Position numbers and translations under genes: made by a program. Positions 1-9,367 of a stretch of 64,000 bases of DNA are shown in pieces. The DNA is taken from positions 8,689 to 72,688 of the forward strand of contig JBCCXE010000008.1 of NCBI GenBank assembly GCA_039192395.1. The letters run 5' to 3'. The notes under the pieces were generated by a model that saw nothing but the letters and a program-made list of their open reading frames with translations, made no database searches and was not told the origin of the DNA. The first letter of the stretch is position 1. Every line of letters begins with the position of its first letter. The stretch is from Pseudomonadota bacterium. GTDB taxonomy: Bacteria > Pseudomonadota > Alphaproteobacteria > Caulobacterales > Parvularculaceae.

Positions 1-653
1 GTACGCGAATCATTGAACAGATCGCCGCCGAAAAGGTTTGCATCTGCGTCGCGGTCGTCGATGAACACTTGCGAGAACCGGTAGCGCAGCTCCACCGCCG
101 ATTGATCGGACATCTGGTGATAGACATAAGGGCTTACAGAATAACTATGCACATTGCCGCGTTGCTGGCGCGCTGCGTTCAGGTTCCGCGAAAAACGCGC
201 ATTATCACCGAGAAGCTGACGCGACGTAGACCCCGAAACATCGAGGTAAAGCCAGTTGTCGACGCCGGTAAACGTACTGGCAAGGCCGATGTCCTGGTTA
301 ACGACAAAATTATCCTGTTCGGTCAGATAGGAAAGATCGAGATCGCCGAGAACAATACCGGTGACCCGGGGCTTGGAGATGATGGCGCCGAGGGAGAAAA
401 CCGACGAGGCGGTGATTTCGTCTTCCGCAAGTTCGTTGCGCACGAGATTGATATTATCAGTATACCCAACACGTGCGCTGACGCCGGCTGAATACCCGAA
501 GTAATCGGTTCGCAGCTTCAAAGGCGCTGTGCTCGTCGCCGGGATGCCGACCTGCGCAACCGCAGCGCTTGCAGCCGCCGCAGAACAGGCGCCGACCATC
601 AACAGGCGCCGTAATCTCGATGTCCTAAAAGTCGATCCGTTTGCCTTTGTCAT
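1..653 (-). CDS. Outer-membrane beta-barrel protein of a PEP-CTERM/XrtA-type EPS locus (TIGR03016-like), partial: runs off the left edge
   Basis: Absent from the ORF track. My translation from ATG 653 is open to the window edge: MTKANGSTFRTSRLRRLLMVGACSAAAASAAVAQ...VGYTDNINL...WLYLDVSG...YSVSPYVYH...ELRYRFSQV. It has a signal peptide and alternating beta-strands, a GAAGGG RBS upstream, and lies directly after the BY-kinase. Confidence 0.75.
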   Translation of the reverse strand, partial: MTKANGSTFRTSRLRRLLMVGACSAAAASAAVAQVGIPATSTAPLKLRTDYFGYSAGVSARVGYTDNINLVRNELAEDEITASSVFSLGAIISKPRVTGIVLGDLDLSYLTEQDNFVVNQDIGLASTFTGVDNWLYLDVSGSTSRQLLGDNARFSRNLNAARQQRGNVHSYSVSPYVYHQMSDQSAVELRYRFSQVFIDDRDADANLFGGDLFNDSR

Positions 654-664
654 TTTTCGCCCCT

Positions 665-1570
665 TCAATCTTCCTGCGCGCGCGCCGCCAAAGCGTCATC
701 GGGATCGCGGCGGTCGTAATATTCATATGATCCATAGTGCGAGCCGCCCGCCCCGATGAGGCAGCGGTTCAACATCAGGCTTACATTTGCATTGATGTCC
801 AAGAGTTCGTCGAGTGCGGCGGTAATCGCCGATTCCGGCGTTTGTCCTGCTTCGACGACAAAGACGATCTCGTCTGCGATCTTGGCGAGAACCACCGCAT
901 CGGTGGTGGCCAACACAGGCGGCGCATCGACGATCACCAAACGGTCGCTCTTTTCAGAAGCGAGCGCAGCCCAAATCGCTTTCCCTTCGGGGCCGTCGAA
1001 AAGATCCGACGCCCGCTCAATGTATCCGCCCTGCGGCAGAATCGACAATGGCGCGCCGGACGCGCGTAAATAAAGCGCATTCGGATCAATCGACGGATCG
1101 CGCATCAGCTCCGTCAGGCCGGGCGATTGCGGCAAGCCGAACCGGGACAGCACTTTCGGGCGCTGCACATCGCCGTCGATGAGCAGGATATCGATCTTGT
1201 CTTCGAACGCGAGGCTCATGGCGAGGTTCAGCGCTGAAAAGGTTTTACCCTCGCCTGCGGCGGTCGAGGTCACCATGATGATGTTCTTTTGCCGACCGGC
1301 GGCGCGGTGCGCGGTGCGGTCGCCGCTATCGCGCAGGAACCCGATACGCCGCATCAGGCGTCTCTTAATGGCACGCAGTTCAAGCGCCTGCTGGGCGGAC
1401 GGCTTGTCCGGCGTCTGCACGCCGATCTCCTTAAGGCGGTCGAAATCGACATCGAAGGTGTTACGCGCCGCGATGGCTGATTTCTCAGCCTGCACGGCGG
1501 CGTCTGCAGAAGCCCGCTTCTTGCCCTGCCCGTCAGCGTCAGCGCCCACTGCGCGTTCGACAACGCTCAT
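665..1570 (-). CDS. Bacterial tyrosine autokinase (CpsD/CapB family, XrtA-associated type)
   Basis: Walker A TSTAAGEGKT, A' LLIDGD, Walker B VIVDAPP, C-terminal Tyr cluster HYGSYEYY. Confidence 0.9.
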   Translation of the reverse strand: MSVVERAVGADADGQGKKRASADAAVQAEKSAIAARNTFDVDFDRLKEIGVQTPDKPSAQQALELRAIKRRLMRRIGFLRDSGDRTAHRAAGRQKNIIMVTSTAAGEGKTFSALNLAMSLAFEDKIDILLIDGDVQRPKVLSRFGLPQSPGLTELMRDPSIDPNALYLRASGAPLSILPQGGYIERASDLFDGPEGKAIWAALASEKSDRLVIVDAPPVLATTDAVVLAKIADEIVFVVEAGQTPESAITAALDELLDINANVSLMLNRCLIGAGGSHYGSYEYYDRRDPDDALAARAQED

Positions 1571-3111
1571 CGCAATCTCTCCGTAAAGGATGTCTCTGCA
1601 GCGGCACTTGCATCAACGGCGCCGGTTCCGCCCGGCGCCCTGATGACGACGACATAAATGTAAATGACCATCAACACGGCGAGGCTCGCCGACGCGACGC
1701 CGAGGCGCACAAAGTCGCGCACCCGCGCGGCGACGACATCTTTCGAGGATACTTCGCTCAAGGCGCCAAGGACCGGCAGCCCGAACGCGTCTCGCAGGTC
1801 TTCCGCCTGTGAGAAACTCTTCTCGACAACGGTTAACAGGAAGACGATGCCAAGCCCGGCGCCGAGCGCCATCATGGCGACGCCGACAATCAGAAGCAGC
1901 CGCGGCGGATCGCTCGGCGTGAGCGCCGCCTGCGGACGCTCATAGACTTGATACTCAACGCCGCGACCGGCGGCGCCGAGGCTTTCGGTCAGCGCCAGCG
2001 TATCGCGGCGCGCGACCAACTCGTCGAACGTGTTACTGGTCTGTTCATAATCGCGCATGATCCGCTGCAGTTCGGCTTGCGCCGCCGGGGCCTGGCTTGC
2101 GGTGAAAGCGATTTCTTCGAGGTCTTTGCGCAGTCGTTCCTCACGTGTTTTGAGGATCTCCATAGACGCCTGCGCCGCGCGGAGTTCGGCGTTCAGCCGC
2201 ACGAACTGCGGATTGGATGACAACGCGCCGCCGCCGCTGTTCTCCAGCTGTTCAATCCGCGCAACGACGCCGCGAATATCCGGATGGCTTTCTTCATACT
2301 GGCTACGCAGATCGGCGAGCCGCAAACGCAATGTGTCGAGTTCAGTCTGGGAGTTCGTACGCGGCGTCGACGACAAGAGGTTCTGCAACGTAGCGATTCG
2401 GCTTGTGGTCTGGTCGATTTCCTCGCCGACCCGCAACAGCTCAAGGTCTTTCTGCTCGCGAAGTCTCGTATTGTTCTCGACGATCAACAGCTCAGCGCTG
2501 TTGTTGCGCCGGAAGGCGGCGATTTCGAGGTCTTTTTCCGCAAGGCGCTCGCGGTAATCGCGGATGCGCAAATCGAGCCGGCGGCGCGCGGCTTCGTTTT
2601 CGGCAAGGCTGGCGCCGAGGTCCTGCTCGATGAGAAGGTTGAGAACGGCGTCGACCACATCGCGGGCGACCTTCGGGTCGCCATGCTTGAAAGTGATGAC
2701 GAAGTACATTTCCTGGGGGCTGGCGATGTCAATGGCGCCGCTTATCCAGTTGATCTTGCCTTCCATCTGCCGGCGCCGATCAAGCTCGTTCTTGGCTTCG
2801 ATCTCGGCGTCAAGGCCTGCACGGAAGATGATTTCCTCAACATTCGGGCGGGTCAGTAATTGCTGCTGCATGACTTCGACCCGACGCGAATAGTCAGGGC
2901 GCGCCATAATGCCTTTCAGAACCGGCTCAAGGATCGTTTCGGTCTGAACGAAGACATGGGCTCGGGATTCGTATTTGTCGGGCAGCATCCAGACGCCAAA
3001 CCACCCCAAAAGGGCGCACAGCCACGCGACAGTGACGGCGATCCATCGTCGCCGCCACATGCCGCTGGCGAAGCGTATGACGGGACGTGGCAATTCAGCT
3101 AACCAGTTCAC
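1567..3111 (-). CDS. Polysaccharide chain-length determinant (Wzc/Wzz-type co-polymerase, XrtA-system type)
   Basis: N-terminal WRRRW plus TM, LPDKYES motif, long coiled coil, YEESHPD, C-terminal TMs; its stop overlaps the kinase start. Confidence 0.9.
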   Translation of the reverse strand: MNWLAELPRPVIRFASGMWRRRWIAVTVAWLCALLGWFGVWMLPDKYESRAHVFVQTETILEPVLKGIMARPDYSRRVEVMQQQLLTRPNVEEIIFRAGLDAEIEAKNELDRRRQMEGKINWISGAIDIASPQEMYFVITFKHGDPKVARDVVDAVLNLLIEQDLGASLAENEAARRRLDLRIRDYRERLAEKDLEIAAFRRNNSAELLIVENNTRLREQKDLELLRVGEEIDQTTSRIATLQNLLSSTPRTNSQTELDTLRLRLADLRSQYEESHPDIRGVVARIEQLENSGGGALSSNPQFVRLNAELRAAQASMEILKTREERLRKDLEEIAFTASQAPAAQAELQRIMRDYEQTSNTFDELVARRDTLALTESLGAAGRGVEYQVYERPQAALTPSDPPRLLLIVGVAMMALGAGLGIVFLLTVVEKSFSQAEDLRDAFGLPVLGALSEVSSKDVVAARVRDFVRLGVASASLAVLMVIYIYVVVIRAPGGTGAVDASAAAETSFTERLR

Positions 3112-3187
3112 CCGTTCAAATCCTTCCTACTCTTTAACCAACTTGGGCGCGGGCCTTATCGGTCCGCGCCCGAGATCCTCGCGTTCG

Positions 3188-3826
3188 TTAAAACGCGCTT
3201 TCCGGGATCAGAATAACATCGCCCGGCAGAACCGGTGCGTTCGCGCCGATATTGCCTTTGCGCAGGAGATCGTTGAGACGCAGACGGAACGATTTACGCT
3301 GATCGCCCTTGCCGCGAATAAGCACCGCGCGGTTGCCCGCTGCGAATTCAGTCAGGCCGCCAACTGCAACCATGACATCAAGCACTGTCATGCCCGACTG
3401 ATACGGCATGGCGGTCGGTTGCTGCGCTTCGCCCAGAACACGCACCTGCTGATCGAGGGTCGAAGAAAAGTTCGACACGATCACCGTCACTTCCGGATTT
3501 TTAACGAACTCGCGCAACGCAACTTCAAGATCTTTGGCCAGCTGCGACGGCGTTTTGCCGGAAGCCACCATGTCTTCTACAAGCGGCGTCGAAATGCGAC
3601 CGTCGGGGCGAACAGTGACGTTCGTCGACAGCTCCGGCGCGCGCCATACGAAAATTTCAAGCTGGTCGAGCGGACCGACCAGATAGTCCGGCGATGCGTC
3701 CACCAGACTATCGGTGGTGCTCGGCGCGGCGTCCATCGAACCGCCGCCTCCGATGCTAGAGCAACCAGCGAGCAGGGCCGCCAGGCAAAGCAGCGCAAAC
3801 TGGCGCAATTCAGCAAATTTCAACAT
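3188..3826 (-). CDS. Polysaccharide export lipoprotein (Wza/OPX family, XrtA type)
   Basis: Lipobox LLAGC, YLVGPLD, VRPDGRISTPL, GGLTEFAAGNRA, PGDVILIPES. Confidence 0.92.
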   Translation of the reverse strand: MLKFAELRQFALLCLAALLAGCSSIGGGGSMDAAPSTTDSLVDASPDYLVGPLDQLEIFVWRAPELSTNVTVRPDGRISTPLVEDMVASGKTPSQLAKDLEVALREFVKNPEVTVIVSNFSSTLDQQVRVLGEAQQPTAMPYQSGMTVLDVMVAVGGLTEFAAGNRAVLIRGKGDQRKSFRLRLNDLLRKGNIGANAPVLPGDVILIPESAF

Positions 3827-3905
3827 TCTTAAGTCCCTCGTACTATTTGGTTAAAGGCCGATCCAAACAGGATTGATGCGCCCCTGCCGTTCATTCTAAT
3901 GGGTT

Positions 3906-3921
3906 CGCAATTTCTTTGCCA
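3906..3921 (-). promoter_or_regulatory. Putative sigma-54 (-24/-12) promoter for the wza operon
   Basis: Minus strand TGGCAAAGAAATTGCG: GG-N10-GC with TGGCA and TTGC, about 80 bp upstream of the wza start. Confidence 0.6.
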
Positions 3922-3957
3922 TGCTCGTTACCAACACAGCGTTAATTATTAGAAGAT

Positions 3958-6684
3958 TCACCCTCTAAGCCTCTTCAGTTCATGAGTTCCGAGCGGCGCG
4001 CGCGGCAACGAACCGATTAACGCCGTCGCGGCTTGCCGGTCTGAGGGCGGCAGCGGCGCCGATGCGACCTGTCCCGCAATGAGACGCGCCAAATCGAAAT
4101 AACCGTTTTTCTTCAACGCCTCTGCGAGAGAAACGGAGATTTCACGTGATGGGGAGCCGAGCCATGCCGCTTCGCGCGACAAGGCAAGAGCCTTCTCGCT
4201 GCGGTTCGCGCGCCAGAGGGCGAGCGCATATAGATTGGCGCTCCTCGGCGAGCGGCGCGACAACAGATAGCTGCGGCGCGCCGCCTCCGCCGCGCCCGCG
4301 TCTCCAATCTCCAGTTGGATTTTGGTCAGATACCGCCATGCATCGGCGTTTTCCGCTTCGTCGCCGGTCCGCGCCGCAGCCGTCGAGAGCCGTTCATCGA
4401 GCAATTTCGCCGCTTCACGCAGCTTGCCGAGGTCGCGCAGCAGCGCCGCCATATCCATCGCACGCCGCACGTCGCCCGGATGTGCGTTGCGAACCGCCAT
4501 TCGCCGCGCAGCATCAAGCGCCCGCTCGCCCTCGCCATCATGATGGAGCTGCAAGATGACGAGACGTTCATAGTGGTCGCCGTCCGCTGCTTTCAGAACG
4601 CCGAGGTGGCGCGAAAAGGCGTCGCTGTCGCCGTCCGCCAGCGCCTGCCGCGCCAAAGAAAATCGCAGATCGTCGGTGTCGCGCGCGCGGCGCACAAGAA
4701 CGTCCAGATAAATCTCAGCCTCGCGGCTGCGGCCATGACGCGCCATCATATCCCAAAAGACCGACACCATCTCAAGGTCGTTCGGCGCATCGGAAAGCGC
4801 GCGTTTAAGAACATCCGCCGCCGCGGCGCCATCTCCGATCCGATCGAACAAAAAAGCCGCGAGGGTCGCATCGCCGCGCATGGGCGCCGCCGCTCCCAGC
4901 TTGCGCGCAACATCCGTCAACGCGGCTACGTCGTCGGTTCCTTCATAGGCGCGCGCCAGAAGAACGCCGGCGCGCGCGTCCGCGTAGAGCGCAGCATCGT
5001 CATCCTCTAAAATGGCGATCGCTTCCTGCCAATCGCCTTCGCGGAGGGCAAGCGCAGCGCGATCAATCGCGAGCGCGACCGCGCGTTTCAAACCGGCGGG
5101 CGTTTTTTCTCCGTAAGCGGATCGGCGGCTCTTGCTATTTTCCGTATCGACGCGGGCGGCATCGGCCTTGAGAGACTGCCCGGCGACCTTTTCCTTGCCC
5201 CGACGTATGTCAGCGAGACGGCGAAGATGCGCCGACGCACCAAGCGCGGGCGCGAGCTTAAGGGCTCTTTCGAAACGCCGGGCAGCTTCCCGATAGCGCC
5301 CGCGCGACAGCGCCGCTTCACCTGCAAGGACGGCCGTAATGGCGGCGTCCGCGCCTGAAAGAGTTTCATCGCCCCCACCCATACAGTCTTTCTCGCCCTT
5401 TACGCGCTCCGCGGTATCGGCATAAATCTCCCCCTGCGCTGCAAGCACCGCACGGCAAAACCCTTCCATCCGCGCAGCTTCAGCACGCGCCGGCGCGGAT
5501 AGCGGTCCAAACAACCGCGCTGCGCCCGATTGCCTCGCGGCGCCGGTGATATCCAGCCCGCGCCGGGCGGCGCTCCAAACGAGATCGTAAGCATCTTCAA
5601 GGGCGCCGGCACTGACCAGGGTCTCATAGCGTCGCACCGCCGCGAGGCCGGCCGTATCAGGCGCCTTTGCGTAGCGAGCGAGAATCGCCTCCGCAGCCTC
5701 GCGTTCGTCCTTTTCCATCATTATACGGAATAGAATATCGGCGCCGGCCACATCCCCGGGCGCGGCATCGAGATGGCGGCGCAGAAGCTTCTCCGCCTGC
5801 ACGGGGTCGCCGGCGTGGAACTTCGCCAGCGCCAACGGCGCGGCAGTCCGTTCATCCGCACGCAACCAATATTCGATAACGGACAGTTGCTGCGCGGCAG
5901 TACGGTAGGCGCCTCGCGCCGCAGCCATGAAACCATCAAGATAAAGCGCACGCGGATCGCCCTGGGCGCCGGCGGCGCGCGGCGCGCGGCGGCGCGACAG
6001 GATCTTTTCGGCCGCTTCAAAATTCGCATCACGAATGTCGGCTTCCACGTTCAAGAAGTCTATCGCGCGACTATCCGCGCCGGCTTCCCCGGCGCGCGTT
6101 ACATATTTCCGCGCGGCTTCTGTGTCGTTCTGAGACAAAGCAATCCGCGCGCGAAAAAGCCAGCTCTCGTCGGCGAGATAACCGCTGCGCAAGACGCCGT
6201 CCATAAGACGCGACGCCGTCACGACATCTCCCCGGCCGAATGCGCTGCGTGCAAAGACGAAGGCAAACGCCGGGTCGTCGCTGACCCGCGCGTCGGCAAT
6301 CGCGGCAGCGTCGTCGAAACGGCGCAGGCGCAAGAGCGCTTCAGCACGCAGGCTCTCGCGAACGCGCCCGTCTTCCCCGCCATCCGGCGCAGTCTCCGCC
6401 AGCAGCGCAAGAACGCCGCGAAAATCCCCAAGGCCGAATTTCGCCTGCGCGAGCGCAAGCTCGGTCGCCGCCGACGGCGCACGGCGGTGCGCGATCTCCA
6501 AGGCGGTTTCTGCATTTTTGTAATCGCCCGCCGCAAGAAGGGCTCGCCCCTGCGCAAGCCGAGGGTCAGCCGCGCTGCTTTCCGCCGCACCTGCAGAGAC
6601 CGCCACAAATGCAAGCGCGCCCGCCGCAAACAACGAGCGCACAACAGGCACAGCGCCTGGCAAGACATTATTCAGCTTTGACAA
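3958..6684 (-). CDS. Large exported TPR-repeat protein, PrsT-like
   Basis: 908 aa, signal peptide, Ala/Leu-rich helical repeats (GDYKNAETALEIA, GRYREAARRFERALKLAP), EPS-locus context. Confidence 0.7.
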   Translation of the reverse strand: MSKLNNVLPGAVPVVRSLFAAGALAFVAVSAGAAESSAADPRLAQGRALLAAGDYKNAETALEIAHRRAPSAATELALAQAKFGLGDFRGVLALLAETAPDGGEDGRVRESLRAEALLRLRRFDDAAAIADARVSDDPAFAFVFARSAFGRGDVVTASRLMDGVLRSGYLADESWLFRARIALSQNDTEAARKYVTRAGEAGADSRAIDFLNVEADIRDANFEAAEKILSRRRAPRAAGAQGDPRALYLDGFMAAARGAYRTAAQQLSVIEYWLRADERTAAPLALAKFHAGDPVQAEKLLRRHLDAAPGDVAGADILFRIMMEKDEREAAEAILARYAKAPDTAGLAAVRRYETLVSAGALEDAYDLVWSAARRGLDITGAARQSGAARLFGPLSAPARAEAARMEGFCRAVLAAQGEIYADTAERVKGEKDCMGGGDETLSGADAAITAVLAGEAALSRGRYREAARRFERALKLAPALGASAHLRRLADIRRGKEKVAGQSLKADAARVDTENSKSRRSAYGEKTPAGLKRAVALAIDRAALALREGDWQEAIAILEDDDAALYADARAGVLLARAYEGTDDVAALTDVARKLGAAAPMRGDATLAAFLFDRIGDGAAAADVLKRALSDAPNDLEMVSVFWDMMARHGRSREAEIYLDVLVRRARDTDDLRFSLARQALADGDSDAFSRHLGVLKAADGDHYERLVILQLHHDGEGERALDAARRMAVRNAHPGDVRRAMDMAALLRDLGKLREAAKLLDERLSTAAARTGDEAENADAWRYLTKIQLEIGDAGAAEAARRSYLLSRRSPRSANLYALALWRANRSEKALALSREAAWLGSPSREISVSLAEALKKNGYFDLARLIAGQVASAPLPPSDRQAATALIGSLPRAPLGTHELKRLRG

Positions 6685-6789
6685 AGCTATTAACCGTTCA
6701 TCACTGCCGCGATCCCGGGAGATCGCCGCCCGGAAGGCCTGCCGTCCACCCGCCCTCGCCGGCTTTATCAGCCGCAGCCGTTCATGGCC

Positions 6790-7590
6790 CTAGCGGCTGC
6801 CGAGACCGAATAATACGACGCGAACGGTCAGCAGAATAATGACAATATCCAAAATCGGGGTGAATTTTTTGACGTAAAAAAGGTCGTATTTTAGTTTTTC
6901 ACGGGCGCCTTCAACGGACGCCGTGTACTCATACTGAACCTGCGCCCAGCCAGTGATTCCGGGCTTCAGGGCATGACGCAGCCGATAATTCGGAATTTCT
7001 TTTTCCAGAATGCAGACGAATTCCGGCCGTTCCGGGCGTGGGCCGACAAAGCTCATTTCGCCTTTCAGGACATTGAACGCCTGCGGCAGCTCGTCGATGC
7101 GGAACTTACGGATGAACCGCCCCACACGGGTAATGCGGTCGTCATTGGCGCTCGCCCATTGGGGACCGTCCTTTTCAGCGTCCGTACGCATCGAGCGGAA
7201 CTTTAGGACCTCGAAAACACGCCCGCCCTGACCAACGCGCGCCTGACGGAAGAGAGCCGGGCCGGGGCTGTCCATTTTCACCGCGATCGCGGTAATCACG
7301 AACACCGGGGCCAGCGCCACCAGAACCGCGAGGCTGATGACAATGTCGAGCGCGCGCTTGAAGAAAGCCGCAGCGCCCCGCGGCGCAAGCGCGCCGGCGT
7401 CGACACCATTAAACATTTCAAGGTTGTTAACCCTGGCCGAGCGTCGACGGGGCCTTGCCGCCGAAGATGACGTCGGATCAAAGAAAAACCATCTGTTGCC
7501 GGGCTCTACGTCCCGCAACATCCAGTCGCGAACCTGCAACGCCGCCAAAAACAGCGCGATGGTTACGGTTGCCCCATAAAACGTGGTCAC
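6790..7590 (-). CDS. Priming phosphoglycosyl transferase (bacterial sugar transferase), short form
   Basis: KRALDI, DSPGP, KFRSM, RITRVG, catalytic DELPQ, SFVGPRPERP, KPGITGWAQV; G-rich RBS before the GTG start. Confidence 0.92.
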   Translation of the reverse strand: MTTFYGATVTIALFLAALQVRDWMLRDVEPGNRWFFFDPTSSSAARPRRRSARVNNLEMFNGVDAGALAPRGAAAFFKRALDIVISLAVLVALAPVFVITAIAVKMDSPGPALFRQARVGQGGRVFEVLKFRSMRTDAEKDGPQWASANDDRITRVGRFIRKFRIDELPQAFNVLKGEMSFVGPRPERPEFVCILEKEIPNYRLRHALKPGITGWAQVQYEYTASVEGAREKLKYDLFYVKKFTPILDIVIILLTVRVVLFGLGSR

Positions 7591-7735
7591 TCCCCCCTCC
7601 CCAGAGAAAAAGCTCCACCAACACGGTCGAAAGAAACACGTACAAACACAACAAATCGCCGATACAAATTAAAAGAATTAAGCCCCATGGAAGGACACGC
7701 TACGGTAGTGCTTGTCCCCGAAGCAAAACCTGTGC

Positions 7736-7751
7736 CTAACGATTTGTTAAC
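7736..7751. promoter_or_regulatory. Near-consensus CtrA box in the divergent EPS promoter region
   Basis: CTAA-CGATTTG-TTAAC, one mismatch to TTAA-N7-TTAAC. Confidence 0.45.
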
Positions 7752-8182
7752 GTGTACTTTATGGCGCCATTGTGGCGATGCAAAAGGAAATTAGCCGAAA
7801 GGCAATAAAACTCTGGTTTATTCACTCTAGGGGAGAAAATGCCGCAGATTTACAACCAAAATGAGAGAGCAGATGTAATGCAGACCCAGGAAAAAGCGGA
7901 AGCGGCGCACCAAACGGCCCAACAAAGGGCGAGCGGAGCGCGGCGCGAATCAGCGTCCGCCTCAAAGGTCGTTTTTTCAATGCCAGACAGTTGCGCGTTC
8001 ATTATGGACAAGCTCTAACCGCCAACACCCAAAGAAAACGTTAAGCGGGTTTAACACCGTATGCTGACTGAATTGCACCAAAATGGCTGCACGCGCTGTC
8101 TCGATTCGAGAAACGCAAGCGCAATCGCCGCAGCAGACCGGCGCCGACCCGCGCGCGGTTCGAACGACCGCTCCTGGCGCTC

Positions 8183-9367
8183 ATGAAGATCCTTGTTCTC
8201 ACAACGCTTTTTCCTAACGCGGCGCTCCCCCATCATGGCGTCTTCGTAGAAAACCGTCTACGCGCCTATCTTGAGAAATACTCCGCAGACGTGCGCGTGG
8301 TGGCGCCGGCGCCCTGGTTTCCCTCGCGCCATGAGCGTTTCGGCCGTTACAGCGCGTGGGCGCGCACGCCAAGAAGCGAAACCCGCAACGGCCTTCCGAT
8401 CGATCACCCGCGTTATCTGTTGCCGCCGAAAATCGGCATGAACTACGTTCCCCATTCTCTGGAAAAATGCTTCCTGCGCGCGATTGAAGACGTTTGCAGC
8501 GATGGTTGGGATTTTGACCTTATTGACGCGCATTACCTTTACCCGGACGGGGTCGCCGCAGCCGCCGTCGCCAAAAGGCTTGGTAAACCGATTATTCTCA
8601 CCGGCCGGGGAACGGACATCAATCTCATTCCGGAGTATGAAAAGCCACGCGCACGTATTCTGGGCGCGGTGTCGCAAGCGCATGCGGTCATCACTGTCGC
8701 CGAAGCGCTGCGCGAAAAACTCATCAATCTCGGCGCAGCCGCCGAAAAGATCACCACCCTACGTAATGGCGTCGATCTGTCCGTGTTTCATCCCATCGAC
8801 CAGACGGAGGCGCGCGCGCAGCTCGGCCTTCCCTCAGGCGATGTGATCGCCTGTGTCGGGCATCTTACAGAGCGCAAAGGGCATCATCACGTTATTGACG
8901 CCCTCGCCCAGCTTTCGGGCGCAACCCTGATCATCGCCGGCGATGGCGAGGAACGCCGATCGCTTGAAGCGCGTGCAGCGGCTAAAGGCGTCGGCGAGCG
9001 CGTACGTTTTCTGGGGTCCGTTCCCCATGACAAACTCGCCGACGTTTATTCAGCCGCTACTGTTTTCGCGCTAGCCTCGTCACGCGAAGGTTGGCCGAAT
9101 GTCCTTCTGGAAGCGATGGCGTGCGGCGCGCCGGTAGTTGCAAGCAATGTCTGGGGCGCCGGCGAAATCGTGAAAACGCAGGAAGCTGGCAGGCTCGTCC
9201 CTTACGGCGACGTCGCCGCTCTTGCAGGCGCGCTGGCGGCGACGCTTGAAAATCCCCCGGATCGGCGCGCCACGCGGGCCTACGCCGAAGGTTTTTCCTG
9301 GGAGGAAACCGCCGACGGCATGCATGAAATTTTCCGTTCCGCCATCGCACAAAAGAGAGCAGCGTGA
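8183..9367 (+). CDS. Glycosyltransferase family 4 (WlbH/TuaC-like)
   Basis: TTLFP..GVFV, DAHYLYPDG, RGTDIN, NGVD, RKG, EGWPNVLLEAMACG (EX7E). Confidence 0.92.
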   Translation: MKILVLTTLFPNAALPHHGVFVENRLRAYLEKYSADVRVVAPAPWFPSRHERFGRYSAWARTPRSETRNGLPIDHPRYLLPPKIGMNYVPHSLEKCFLRAIEDVCSDGWDFDLIDAHYLYPDGVAAAAVAKRLGKPIILTGRGTDINLIPEYEKPRARILGAVSQAHAVITVAEALREKLINLGAAAEKITTLRNGVDLSVFHPIDQTEARAQLGLPSGDVIACVGHLTERKGHHHVIDALAQLSGATLIIAGDGEERRSLEARAAAKGVGERVRFLGSVPHDKLADVYSAATVFALASSREGWPNVLLEAMACGAPVVASNVWGAGEIVKTQEAGRLVPYGDVAALAGALAATLENPPDRRATRAYAEGFSWEETADGMHEIFRSAIAQKRAA

